DNA of 56,314 nt, the filler included, from Sphacelaria rigidula (Eukaryota), in assembly GCA_964200075.2 (NCBI GenBank). It is 6 parts of 6 records of this genome, joined end to end, with 100 filler letters (N's around TTAATTAATTAA, not from the genome) between each part and the next. Parts side by side here need not be neighbours in the genome. Positions count along the whole stretch, not along the records: positions 18,807 to 28,109 come from CAXNAA020008803.1; positions 28,210 to 37,511 come from CAXNAA020008804.1; 4 more parts are not named here. The stretch is one strand, 5' to 3'. This document shows, one piece after another, positions 22,188-35,699 of this stretch. Made by a program: the position numbers and the translations under genes. The notes beneath the pieces are model-generated. The model saw nothing but the letters and a program-made list of their open reading frames with translations. It made no database searches and had not been told where the DNA came from. Numbering within the stretch: position 1 is the stretch's first letter; the number at the start of each line of letters is the position of its first letter.

Positions 22188-25100
22188 AGTTATTCGGGTT
22201 GGGTTCTTCATACTTGAGGCATTTGACACAATTCGAGGCTCTACAACAGCGGATATAGTCCGATTCGAGAATCACCTCTGCACAAAATTCCAACTGAAAA
22301 AATGAAGAATCGTGAAGAAGACTGTGTGTGTCGATTTTTTTGGCTAATATCACGGCGAACGCCGTTTTCGTACTGTATTCAGTTGGATTATTGCCAAAAG
22401 GCCATCCTCGAAACACAAAGCTTAGCGAATCGCATAAGTGGGCTAGACTCCTTTTCATGAGGGGATGCATGGTACCTACCCAGTTTGACACGCGTGGTGA
22501 CGACCCTCCCTATGATGGGACCCACGAATCCATCCATATATTATTCGAAAAGGAACAACACTGCGGCAGGTGATTAGTTTTCGATCGGAATTGTGCGGTG
22601 GAAAGCAAAAACGAAATACGTTGTCGAATATCCCACAGCTGAAGAGTAAAATGCACGACCACACGCACACCCCATCTCCCAACGGAGGACCTGATTCACC
22701 GGCTTTGGTTTTGTGTGTGCTGTTTGTTGGGTGTCACAAGTACCTCTGTCATTTTTTATGCTCGTCCGTTGTCTCTTTCGCTGGTGTGAAAACGTGTTGC
22801 TAATCTTGCTGGGTTGGTTGCTTCCTTGAGCCCATCTTGTCTCGGTTCCACCACCTTTCGTCTCATGAATCATGTTACTAATCGCTGCCCGGACAAACGC
22901 CTAACAACCATCATGATTGCAGGGGGATCTACTACTACCGCCGGCGAAAAGGCGGTCGCTTGGAGAACCTACATCTCCAATCTTCTCGCGTCGTTGGCGC
23001 TAGGCCAGCCTCACGACAACGTGACGGTCTTCGTGTGCCGCGAAATTAGAAAAAATGTGCACTAGATGTATATAGAACACGTTACCGACGATAGTGTTTT
23101 TTGTCGTGTGAGTTTTGTTTGGCCCGAGGTGTTTTTCTTGCCGAAGTCAGTTTTTTTGTTCTATGTGCGTCGTTTCGCGCCCTAGCACTCCTGTGTGTTC
23201 ATGTGTGTGTTTGTTTGTATGCTTCTGTGTCTTATTGAACAGTCAGCAGCGAGGATGAGGGGTGGGGGTCGGGGGTGTACACAGGGTTGGTGTGACTCGG
23301 TTCATGGATGACGATAGCATGTCCCCTTTTCCTCAGACTTGTCACAGGCCCGTGGACGGCTCTACTTCGCAGTTTTCCTTTCTCTCTCTACTTTCCACTT
23401 CCAGCGTCCAATTTTGTGGAGCAGCGGAGGATCAGAATCAAAATACAAGAGTGGACGAAAAGGGCAAAAGTGATTTGGGGGTAGGACAAGCGCACACATG
23501 ACCGAACGTAAAGGAAGGTTCGAACCATCGCAGTGCAACGCGTCCTTGCATAAAAGAGGGGTGTTATTATTGTGATTTTTCGGTTTGATTTTATCATATT
23601 TTTTTTCCAATTTAGATTCATTATTTTTTCGTCGGCTCTGTTTGTTTCTATTTTGTTTCGGTTTTCGTTCAGATTTGTTTTTTCCGATTTTGTTTTGGTT
23701 CATATTTCGGTTTCATTTTTATACTCCGGAGTATGTTTTTCTTTCGGTTTTACTTTTATGTGTGTCTTTTTTTTTCATCACGTTTCCTTTCAGTTCTACT
23801 TTGTTCAGTCTCTTCTTGACCTTTTGCTGTTGTTTTTCTTTCTGGTTTCATTTGATGTTTGTTGCGACCTGTGTTATGTTTTGATTTTTCCCTCTCTCCT
23901 TCGTTATTTTGGTGATTTTGTTTCATCGCGCACCCCTTCGGCCTCTATTTCATTTGTTTTCTTCAAAAACAATTTTGACTTGATTCTATTGTGCTGCTTT
24001 GGGTTTACCCTTTTTGCACCTTGACACTGTCGCTTTGGTTGGCAGTATCGCTGTGGCACTACTCGTAGTGTCTTACAGCTCTCACCACTGTTTATCGCGG
24101 GTATGGTGATGCGATGGGCATGGCGGTCTTTTATTTTTGTCGCACTACCATCTCTTGTGCGACTTTCTTTTCCCCATTGAACACGGGCGGCATTGACCAC
24201 CGCTGCTCACAGGGTATGTTGATTTTGGTCTCTAGATTCGTTTTTCGGTGCCATGTTTCCTCCAGTGATGTGGTATGGGGTGCTACTATTAGTTTGTGCA
24301 CGGTTCTGAGATTCATCACACGAGGCAGTCAACGGAGGGCTTTCGTGTGGCACCGTACTCGGTTTCCAGGGCGATCGTACGGAGAGTGCTCTGAGCCTTT
24401 TATCAAACCACGATCTCTTCTACTCTTTCGGGTGCATTCGCAATCTGAGTGGGAGGAGCTTGATGTTACCGGTGTTGACGTTTCGTCGGCTCTGCTTGTT
24501 AGTGGCGCATAGCATCGTGTCGGCGGTTTGGGGGAAGGGTGAAGATACGCTTTTGGATTCGCGCATCAGTGATTAAAAGTCAGTGGAGGCGAGTGGCTCA
24601 TGTACTTTGTGCTCCAAGGCCCGTCAAATGGGGGAAGGGTGATGGGGAGAGAGATTGTTCACCGCTTGGTTTGATTCGTTTCTCGTTTTTTATTTTCTTC
24701 CGATGGCGGTGTTTGTAGGCACCGTGCTTTGAAGCTATCGTCGGATGGGCAGTCCAGCACTGTGACATCGCTGCCTCCTCTTTTTACGTGATTTCCTGTC
24801 CTGTTCGTTCGTTTGTTCGTTCGTTTCTTTGTTGTTTGTTCTTCATTGTACTTTGACATCGCACCCGTCTGATAATATCGTTGCGGTGTTAGTGGTGTAC
24901 GAAAGGAGTCTTTACGAGTCATACGAGCGAGTTTATAGGGAAGGGGGGGGGGGATGTCATGGTATGTTGTAAGCCATATCGGATGAAGAGGTTTAGCCGT
25001 ACGCGGAAAACACCAAAGCCGCGAAGCACAGGTGGAGTGATGTAGGTGCGGTGAAGATTAGGTGGAGTATGTACGTTGAACGAGAGGGTACACTGACGTC

Positions 25101-25519
25101 ATTACACGTTTTAGCACCAGTCGACTGAAGCTATGAAGGGGGTAATGGGGAAGGAAAATACGTAGCAGAGGGGCTCCACACTGAAATAGCAGCTACCGTA
25201 GTCACCGCGTGTGGTCTACTCACTGTACGTATCCATGGGTATGACGAATGATGATATCGAAAGAGATTAAAATAAAGGAAGAAAAGCACTCAGCCATGGT
25301 CAAGCATGTATGTGAAGAGGAATCAAAGAGTTTGGAAAGTTGTTGTCGTTGTTGTTGTTGTCGTTGTTGCTGTTGTCGTTGTTGCTGTTTCAGGAGTGCA
25401 AGAGAATATCCGATGGCGTCCTCGACGCGCCCTCACACGAGTAGTGATGTGATGTTTTATGAGTTGGTATGATCATCGTGTATGGATGCATGTGGAAGCG
25501 CGTCAGAATGCAAGTCTGT

Positions 25520-26530
25520 AGTAGCGATGCCATTCTCTTGATAAGGCAGCTCATGCGGGACAGGTGGGGAAGGCGGGGGGGGGGGAAGCGGGGATGTTGC
25601 GCACTTGTCCACCAGCAGCATGCATTTCCCTCTCGAGTAGGGCTGAATGTAGTAGTGATCTTGTTGGTTTTATTTCTGTACCACACCTGACAACAGTAGA
25701 TATAGCCAGTAGCTGTCTTTTCCCGTCGTAAACCATCTGTCGAGGGGTGCGACGGGAGATGACTATAGTGATGCAGGGTGCGTGTGGATGGCTTGTGGTA
25801 ATTTTTCATTGTCTCACTTTGTTCTGTCCGTGTGGCGCTGTGACTGTCGTGTGTGGCGGTCTCACGGATGAGAGTACGTGGATGGGGGGGCAGGGTGAGA
25901 TAAGTGATTGACCATTAGTATACATACACGAGTGGTTGGGTGGGCGAGGAGGGAGTAGTATTGCTCGCTTTTCGACCAGACAGCATGCATTTGTGCCCCC
26001 CTTGAGTAGGGCTGAATGCAGTAGCGATGTTGAGTTCATTTTTCTGTAGAACACATGACAATAAACACAGCCAGTAGCTGTCCTTTTACCGTCGGGCGTC
26101 ACCTGTCTAGGGGTAGGTGTCGCTGTGTGGTTGTGATTTCGCCATCTTACTTTGTCTTGTCCATGTAGTGCTCGGACTGTCGTGCGTGGCGGTGCAATGA
26201 ATCGGAGTGAGTGCATGATGGGACTCGGGGAGATAAGTGAATGGCCACTAGTTTACGTACACATACAGGGTGGGGGGGTGGGGGGGAAGGGAATATTGCA
26301 CATGTTTCATCCAGGCAGCAGTCACATATGTCCCTCTTGAGTAGGGCTGAATATAGTAGTGATGTTTAGGGCGGGGGGGTTGTCACAAACATCATGACAG
26401 TAGATAGATCAAAGTGATCCAGGGTACGTGTGGCTGCGTGTTGGTGATTTCGCTGCCTCGTTCTGTCTTGTATGTGCGGTGTTCCACTTGTCGTGCGTGG
26501 CGTTGCAACGGGATGGAGTACGTCCACGAT
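25520..26530. repeat. Diverged tandem repeat, about 335-370 bp, 3 units
   Basis: Anchor gagtagggctgaat at 25635, 26004 and 26339 with colinear flanks. Confidence 0.8.
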
Positions 26531-27584
26531 GAAACAGGGTGGAGCAGTAGACGCACCAGCAGATATATACATATGTAAGATAAGGATGCCATCGGTGTTG
26601 TTGTTGTTGTTGTTGTCGTAACATTAATATCGTCCCACTATCCGCGCAGTACTTGTATATCCGTGCTGCGCATCTGATGCGAACGCCTTCCGCGTTCACA
26701 GGGTGTATGTATGATGAAATAAAACAGGGTATATGCATGATGGAGTTTGACTGGGTTTATACGTTTGGGAGATTCTCCCCACTGGAGCTGTATCATGGTG
26801 CACTACAAACGGGATCTTGGCGTATTGACCGAGGAATAAAATACTCGAAAGCTTCGCGCCACACTATGCTATCAGGGTTTACGATTCGACTCAAAGGCAC
26901 TGGATTCCTTCTCTCGCCGGATCGCCGTAGTATCCGAAGAAAATGAGATTTTTCGCCAGTGAGTCGTGTGTCGACATACGCGCCACAGGCGGGTCCAACT
27001 ACTTGCGATCACGGGCCATCTCCGGCAAGTCACCACTCGAGTCTCGAGAGCCAGGAGCTGATCTTTCGGGTGAGGTCTAAATCAACAATTTGAATACCAT
27101 CACGTGGCCAGACGTTTATTGTTTCCACCGAGTCACGCCCACTTGACCGAAGAAGGGTATTGGCGACTTGGAGATAGTTTACAAGACCCGATTCGGAAAA
27201 TATCGACGACGCAAAGTCAACCCATACGACTCATATCGGAAAATGAGGGACGAGTAGCTCAAGGAGTGTCACTCCCACGACTTGAAGCCAAAGTCGTTAG
27301 TCATGAGAGACTCCTTTTGGGAGGCTTGGGATCAACGATGTGGGCCACTCTTGGCGGCGACGGATGTGGGGAAATTGTGCGAGACGAAATCGCTTTGAAA
27401 TCTGCGTCACAAAAAGATTCGGGATACACCTTCCTCTATTAACACAACGCCCGTGCGATGACCGCGGGGCACCGCAAGGCTTCTGCGCCAGGATGTGAAG
27501 TGAACTGTGTGTGTATGCTCGGTATCTCCGCGAAGCACGGGACCCCGGCAACGTGAATGCATTTGCAACGCTCTAGTGCAATCA

Positions 27585-28050
27585 AGTAGGTAGGAAACAT
27601 CGGGGTGAACTTGCTCGTGTGATCAACGGCGATTTTGTGTGATCCAAGAAATATAATCCTTTGAAATCCCGTACTTTAGCCCAGGCGTACATAACAACTT
27701 GGGGGTAACGTTTTCGGATGATCAACAGCCACATTGTGTGATCCATGACATTCGCCTCTGAAAGCCCCCGCCTGTGAGCCTCGGCGTATATGATAACGCC
27801 GGGTATTACTTGCTCGGACGATCAAGGACGATATTCTGTGATTTAGACAAAATGTTTTTATAGAAAGTACTTCATTCGTGCCAAGGCGTATACGATAATG
27901 TCGGAATAGCTTGCTCGGATTATAAACGACGATATTGTGTGAGCCAAGAAATATGCGCCTATGGGACATTCCGCATTTGAACCTGGGCGTATATGATGAC
28001 GTCGGGATTAAATTGCTCGGATGATCAACGACGATATTGCATGACTCAGG
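27585..28050. repeat. Diverged about 100-bp tandem repeat (about 4.5 units)
   Basis: Anchor ttgctcggatgatcaacgacgatattgtgtga recurs at about 27621, 27720, 27820, 27921 and 28023. Confidence 0.8.
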
Positions 28051-29258
28051 AGCCATGCCACGATGGGGGGGGGGGGGGGGGGGGGGGGTTTTTTTTTTTG
28101 TTCTTTTGTNNNNNNNNNNNNNNNNNNNNNNNNNNNNNNNNNNNNNNNNNNNNTTAATTAATTAANNNNNNNNNNNNNNNNNNNNNNNNNNNNNNNNNNN
28201 NNNNNNNNNCTGTGGTGATGTGCTGAGCCATGTGTAAACAGCCCACCCACGCTCTTCTGGACGCGTCCGGCGGGTGCGGGGTAGGGAGTTGAGTTAATTC
28301 GACTTGATGAAAATCCTTCATCTCCAGAAATGAAGGAATGATCAGAGCACAGCACTAGAGATGGATTTCCAACGGTTTCGCACCTCTTCTCGAACATTTA
28401 GACCGCAACTTTTAACTTGAGGCGAGAAAATTTAGCCATCAAAAGTGGTTTTGGCAATTTGAGACAGTTCTCGCCCGTTTTGCTGGCATGTCGGCAATTT
28501 CATCAGATTTTCCTGCTTTTCTTCTTCGAAATCTTCGAAGAACACCACAATTTCCTTTTTTCCGTATATCTGATGCGCTGCTCCCTTCAAAACTCGGAAT
28601 CCTATTTTGCAACAATCAAGTGAGAAGACCAATAATCTTTGTGTCAAGTTGGACGACCTGGGGGAAATTGGGAGCGACTTCTCGGCAGGCAACATACTCC
28701 CAACACCTTGGAAGCGCACAAGAAGAATGTAAAACAACGCAAAGGTGCCTCGGAGACGCTCTCTTGTCTCAACTAGTTGGGCCAGCCTGTGACCCATCCT
28801 TTCCAGATCCAGCCGTGGCTACTACATTCAAGAACATAGCGTCCCGAAATAGAGATGCCAAGTCTTACTGTGGCTGGAACACCGAAGGGAAGGAGTCGCT
28901 TACAGTAAGATAAATTGTGTGGCAGAATCCACGAAAGCTTTGGCCAAAACTTGTGTTCAGCGATTTCCATTTCACCAGTAGCAGTCTAGGCGCTCGATTT
29001 CGAAACACCTGTATCGACACGTTTCCCCTCAGTTCTCTTGTAGTAAGGAATATGGTTACGCCGAGCATCCAGTGACGATCGTCGTTGTTCTTGTCCTTTA
29101 TTCCCCACACAACGCAACCGCGTTTTGCACATGGAAAATCCACACGAAAACGGAATCCTTCAACTTCTCGACATGACGAACAACAACAACTAATACAGCC
29201 AAACTATAAGTGCAGAGAACTGTAATACAGGTGAAACACCAAGCACTCAGTTACCCAC

Positions 29259-32200
29259 CTGCGCCACATAGTCAAACACAGCCTTTACCAACTCCCCCCC
29301 TCCCGCACCGGCTCCAGCTCCCGCCGTAGCCCCTCCCGCTCCGCCAGCAGCCTGAGGTATCACGGGTGGCATGCTTGCCGGTAGGCTCGTGCGCGACCCC
29401 GTCCTCGAATGAAGACTCCCAGCTCCGCGGCCTAGCGGCATCGTGCTACTGGATTCAGGGGCCCTTCTTGTTGCGGCTGGTACTGAACTTGCCAACGTCG
29501 TTGACGGCGTGGTCGATGGTGCTGGAGACGGCGCAAGGGCCGGGCGTGCGCGGTCCGATATCGCCACATAATTCACCGGAAACCATCCAGTCTGCTTTTC
29601 CATTTCACAATCCGTAGGGGTGACGGGGTCATAGCAATGACGTACTGAGTCTCGGGGACATGGGCGCGGAATTATATCAAGGTGTTATTCAAGGCGTGAC
29701 ACGATGCGCGTAGTTGCTATCCATTTACAGGGTTCCCATGTTTTTGTTATGCTCGTTGAAGATCATTTCGAACTTTCCGCACATTGGTATTTCCCAGTCG
29801 CCTGTCTCAGCGATTGGACAGTGTGCCCATGTTCATGAAAAATAACTAGCACCATGTTGAGGCTTCTACGCCGTCACAAACTGTGGGTTGTACCTGCTGC
29901 GAAAAGCACTAAAATAATGCTGTATTTACTGCTTTCATCCAGTGGTCATACTTTCCAGGTGCGGGGTCTGATCGAACACGCTAAAGTGAAGAAGAATAAG
30001 AAAAAAGTGACTGCGCGGACGGAAAGTATCATACCGTCTACTGCGCACTGCCTTGTGGCTGCTGGGAGCATAATGTAGTTCCCACTGCATTCCAATATCA
30101 TTCGTAGCTGGGAATAGCCCCTCGGCAAAGTCAACTAGGCTCTCACGGTCAGCCGAATGCAAGACACCGAGCATTTGCCGTCAAGTGTACAACAGCATTA
30201 GAAAATGTTGTACATCATCTGCATAAACGACAGCCTTCGCTTTCGATTACCTCGGATCTATCCGTCTCTCTCGACCCTCTACCTGCACACGACATAACCA
30301 ACAATGATTCCGGTGCTACATGTATTTTTCTTGCTGTCGGCCCTTTCTTGCGCAGAACGAAGTGCTGCAAATCTCCGCACCCTAGCTCGCAGCGGCAAAA
30401 TATTTGAACTTCACAATTTTTGCCGTCACGGGTCGCCACGCTCTGGTGGTCTACACACTATCATTTTATCAGCACACCTCCAGACGGTTACGGCGGGACG
30501 TCGAGTGTTTGAATCTCGACATATGCCTTCTTCCCGTTTCAGAGAAGAACCTGGTTTCTGCCATTGAAAAAATACGAAGAAAGTCCACTTGACGAGCGTC
30601 GACGCGGTGCAGTGGCGCGGTGGTGCTGATCAATCCGCGGTACTAAAATGTCGAACGTGTACCGGAGGATACATGGATTGATCCCATGACAATAAAACAA
30701 ATTTGAAACGCTACAACAGTCGGTCTTCGCAGCCGGAGTCTGTCTAGAGTGACGATGGCACCCAGGCGAATTACCGTAGTTACTGCGTGTGCGCTGAAAC
30801 TCCGTGTGCGTGTTTTTGTCGGCGCTGCAAAGCAGGCAATGAATTTTTATATCCAACCCGTTCAATCGTGGATAAACACGACCTCTTCCATTGCTCTGAC
30901 CCATCGTTCAACACAGCGATATGCTACAAACTTCCTCTTGCAGTGATTGTCCAGGGCCTGCGTCGCTGACGACACCGTGTTGGTACTCTCTTTGATCACG
31001 TTGTTTGTTTTTTCTTGGTTAATGCAGGGGTGGCATATCTCTCAGTTTTGGCAAAGTAGGCCATCCCGCCCCTCCCTCCCCCCCGATCTTTCGCCCTGAT
31101 GGAACGTTTTTACATGTTGCCTGGAAGCCACTGTTGAAGCAGTACTCGTATGAAGGCCCCTGCAAGCCACTCATTAGCTTCAGGAGTGCTCCAGCGCACG
31201 CAAACAACTGGTGTAGTGAGCCTTTGGTGAAGTGATCTTTTACTACATCCCTCTTCCCATAGAGTGCGGCGCGGATTCTAGGAAACTCCAACACTCAGCC
31301 ACCTTCATGGTGTTCTTTCAATCATCCACCAGCTCGACTTCTCTGACTTACGATCGATTCGTACCGATGTCTCGAGACTGTAAATCCTTGCTAGAGTACG
31401 ACTCAAGGAGAAGACCTTCAAGACGTGGGCCAACTTCACTTCCGAACCACGTTTGTTTTTTGTCTTGTCTGTGCTTCCCCCTTCCCCTAAATTGTGTTCA
31501 GTGGAGAGAGATGGCGCACTTACACTGTCTCTTGCCGTTGTATAGAGCGAAGAGATACAACACACACATACTGACTCTGGGCACAGTTGACTGCAAGGTC
31601 AAGACTGTTCAGGGGTTCTTCAGGACTACTTTCTACGTAGATGCAATGCAAATATCCATTTGTTTGGGGAAAAGGCGTTTTGAGTAGCGAGAGAGAGCTG
31701 TTCTGAACCTCAAATGTGGCGTAGGCCAACTCAATCCACCTGCGGGGGGGTCGCTGTATAATGGTTAATCCCAGCGCGTTCAAACGGTTGATCTTTCAAC
31801 CCTCTTGAGAGCGTACTCATACTTAGTGGGGGTGAGGATCTGGTCTGCACGCAGGGTCCATTTGTGAATCGGCATCTTTTTCAGTCGTTCTCAATTGAAA
31901 AGGATGCCGATTCACAATGAGCCGTCATCCCCGGATAGTCCACTCCGATTCCAAAAGGGTTCAATGCCTACGGCATGCTGCGGCTTTTGACAGTCTCATT
32001 GAGGATGGCGATATTGAAGGCGAGAAGGAGCACAGCAGGACGCTCGAGCGTTACAACAACTGTGCGCATGTTTCTCTTTTTGACCAATAGGATCACAGCA
32101 GCCGAACAGGGTTGAGAAGCCAGATTGGGGGTTCGCTGCAGCTTTGCTTGTGTTTGTGAAACGCTCATGGTGAACAGGATGGCTGTGCCCTGTACGCCTT

Positions 32201-33776
32201 CGTATCTAGCTAGCGTTGCCGTTGACGGTCACGACAGCGGACATGCATACGCGATATACGAGCAGCTGTTTTCTTGTGTGGTGTGCTAACATTACCAGTA
32301 GAGGGCATGAGCTATATGCCGCATGGCGATGGCCTAGCGCGCCCGGACCTCCTTGGCTAAATGAAGGCATTGTCTTTGCCGCCAAAGTAACGATTGATGA
32401 CGAATTACGAACCTCGGGTGAAAGAAAGAGAAAAAAAAACGGTCTGGTGGCGAACGGGCGCTGAAGGGATTCAAACACGGCCTACTCAAGTAGCAGAAAA
32501 TTCGATGAGAGGCCACGGGATGCGGGAGAGATGATCAAATCCAAGACACAAATGTACTCGGCAGGTAGCGAGGAGGAAATTGAACGATGGAATGATCCCT
32601 GGCGACTGCTAACTCCTTCCGAGGAGGAAGAGGGCTAAAGTTCAAAGTACGGCTGGGGGAAAATGTCGCATGTTTCACCGTGAATTAAATCGCACATGTT
32701 CTCCTGTACCTCTGGCGGTTACGTTTAGCATCATCATACCGTACCGCACAGATAATCAATTCTCCACCCTCTTTCGCTGTTGGTGTACAACCAGGCAGCC
32801 GTATGGCAGCCACTCCCTTTCCCTTTATGCAATTGAGTGAAGTGCCATGTGCCACTACTCCCGAACAGCACTGACTGTTCCCGCTGATCGGGCTGAGTTT
32901 CCGGTGGCTGCAAGGCTCAACCATTGTCTCCTTGCTCACTCCGGGGAAGCACCAGTACAACAGTACTACACAGTGAACAGGACACTGCATTGCATTGCGT
33001 ACCTTGCCACGCAGCTCCCCAAGCCCCCAACCTTCTCCAGTAGGTAGACGCTTCAAGTTGATGTGGTCACCCGTCCGAAAGCTCAACTGATCCTTGCCTG
33101 TGTGGGTTTTGCGGGTTCCCGACGGAACATGCGGACCAGGCGGGTTCGTTCCGCCAGAAAGGACAAACGGGTTGCCGGGATTTTTCTCGCCGCGTATGCC
33201 GACTGTAGAACGGCAGATAACAATGATTACTGAGCAATGGCGAATGCACCAAACATCGTGATACTGGACACCTGTCAGCTACAGCATACATTTCTCTGAT
33301 GCATAGTGTCCTGGGTGACCACCCCATTGCAGATAGGTGACCACACGGCACGGTACAGTGCGGTAGATTTTCGGAACTTGGTATAACTTATAACTATAAC
33401 TGTAAACTGCCACACCCCACGTTGTTCCGCCACAAGACACCGATTGGAATTGGGCAAAAGGGAGACATGCCATTCAACGCAGTGAGCAACCTGCAGAGCA
33501 AAACAGTTACAGCAAAAGCAAAAGCTAACTAAGAGGTAGCCTAGACTTACGCGTGCAGCACATTTCATGTTTAGCTGCGCGTGCATTGTACTGGTTGTGT
33601 CGTACACATGTACGGCATTCGTATCAACAATTCGTCTCTTGTCACCGCAACAACGAGGGGACTCCAAGTTGTACATGGTGACAGTACCGCAACAATGGCA
33701 TTTGCAGCTTGCCTTCCAGCGACAACGTACCTTCGCCTCGATAGTCAAACAGCGCGATACATGTCTTTTCAGACAT
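29259..33776 (-). CDS. Multi-SH3-domain protein, 5' part; exons 33776-33731, 33097-33003, 29591-29259 (3' exons not found in this contig)
   Basis: Phase-compatible GT-AG splicing gives MSEKTCIALFDYRGEG|KDQLSFRTGDHINLKRLPTGEGWGLGELRGK|TGWFPVNYV, a complete SH3. It is followed by a P/S/A/G-rich linker and the start of a second SH3 (ELVKAVFDYVAQ). Confidence 0.9.
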
Positions 33777-34539
33777 ACCATATGGGCGGGAAAAGAGCAA
33801 GCTCTGTTGACGCTGACCGATGCTGTGCCCTTTTCAGGCTGACTTCGGGTTCTCTCAAGTGCATCGTTCAGTTTCTTGTTTCTAAGTATTTATATTTACC
33901 TCGATACTCAGGCCCGCAGTGGGAAAATGGGGAAAATCCAGACAGCAATAAACAGAGAACAACATGATCCAGCGAACAACATCCAGCATTGTTAGACTCC
34001 GAATAGCAACCATACACCCGTCCGTCTCCAGCTTTGCACATGATATTATGTTTCCGGTTTAAGGGGTTGTTTGCCCATACCAAAATGCTCGACAAAAACG
34101 TCCACATTACTCGTAGTACCGGGGGAAAGATGGTTGAATCCTGGACCCCGTGGACTCGCCCAGAGGACCGGGAGGGGTTGACGGAAGTGCGACGAACTCG
34201 AAGTAAGCGAGCAACCCAAACTCACGATGTTCGACAGAGCAGTGTATAAGTACTGTAAATTTATAATGGAGACGTACGTGGTGACGGATGGCTGTCGACC
34301 TTACTTGTCACAGACAGTCGTATCCTAGGTCTTCACCAGGAACTTACATATTACTCAGGATATACATACTGCTGTTGAGTGCTGTGTACCGCTCGAGCGG
34401 GGTTCGTGATGTTGTCCGGCACTGTTGTACTGCGGATCGGATCTTGCATTGTTCTGTACAGTATTCAGTTTATCTACCTAAAGATACATGTGTTGCTGTT
34501 GTAAGATAATCGCACCAGTAACCGCCGGGTGCTGCAGAT
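33777..34539. promoter_or_regulatory. Candidate bidirectional promoter / 5' UTR region
   Basis: 763 bp between divergent ATGs at 33776 (-) and 34540 (+). Inferred from gene layout only. Confidence 0.4.
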
Positions 34540-35074
34540 ATGACCAAATCCCTGGTCGGTGGCCTCGTGCCGCTTGGAAAGGGGTCTACCCCGGGATCTT
34601 CGGGTTCAAACACTCTCAGCGGAGGGCTGATTCCGTTGACAGGCCAGAATAAGTCTAGGTCATTAACTGCGGCTGCTGCCGGAGGGTCAACGGCGACGTT
34701 TGGGCGCCTCGGCCAAGACAGCGACGGCAGCGACGACTGGGACAAGGACGATGACAAAAGTACCTCAGCAGGGGATGCGGCCGGGGGTTCTTTTACGTTT
34801 ACGGAAGGCAACAATGAAGTGAGTTGCTCTACTACAACAGTCAGTACCGTGATTATGCTTCCGTGTTTGGTGCCGCCAAAAATGATTGGAGGGATCCACG
34901 TTTCCAAACAAATACTCCTAATTGAAATATCTCGTTAAGGGTAGTTTCTGCTCTCATGATGAGTAGGGTGCAACCCCGTCGTACACCAGATCTTCATTCA
35001 TTCGGAGCAGCTGCCGCCAGCTGACATTCAACGCCGGTGACTCTAACGCTACGTATGACCAGCTCCTCTCTGTT
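34540..35074 (+). CDS. Unknown protein, probable first exons 34540-34818 and 35021-35074
   Basis: ATG...GAA|GTGAGT (93 codons, G/S-rich with an acidic DSDGSDDWDKDDDK patch), then CAG|LTFNAGDSNATYDQLLSV|GTGAGC in phase 0. Confidence 0.55.
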
Positions 35075-35304
35075 GTGAGCGTTATCCCGGAGTACAAGAT
35101 CCGTACAGTAGTCCTGAAGCCGACCAATTTACATCATGAATGCCCTAGAGCACCAGATTTCTCTTCGGAATAGTATCACAGCTGGGCTTAGACGCGATGG
35201 ACGTCTATGGCATAGCTGATCAGTCCATTTCTGCCCGCAAGAACTATTGCGAATGACCTCACATCGTGTGTCCGTGGTTCCCAACCCCTTATTCATACAT
35301 GCTG

Positions 35305-35699
35305 TTTGATTTGAAAGCCGTTGGTTGTCACGTATTTCCAGAGGTCCGCCTAGGAGCGTCGATCTTCGACATGTGACCAAGGGGACACCGAGTTTTTTCT
35401 CATTATTTATTTGTCGCACTTTGAACCCCTCCCCTTCCTCGGGACGAGTCCGTGGTCTCAAGGGATCAACCCATCTCTCCCCCGATACACGCCTTACATT
35501 TTGGTCTCGCGGATTGGGGCAGCACTCCTGCACCGCGTCAACTCACATCAAACAAACGCAGTCAACTACTTTGTCTCACGTTCTCACGCTTTCCACGGTG
35601 GAAGTCAGATACTACGAACAAAAAACCCAACGCATCGGGACTCAAACTCTCGTTCTCTCCACCCTAATGGCGACAGCCGGACCATTGCACCACCGGCGC
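35305..35699 (-). mobile_element. Candidate tRNA-derived SINE
   Basis: Minus-strand head gcgccggTGGTGCAATGG...GAGTTTGAGTCCC carries A- and B-box-like motifs at tRNA spacing. The 3' boundary is uncertain. Confidence 0.5.

Noticed and set aside
23560-24024. Phe-rich membrane-protein-like ORFs
   Set aside because: T-rich low-complexity sequence.
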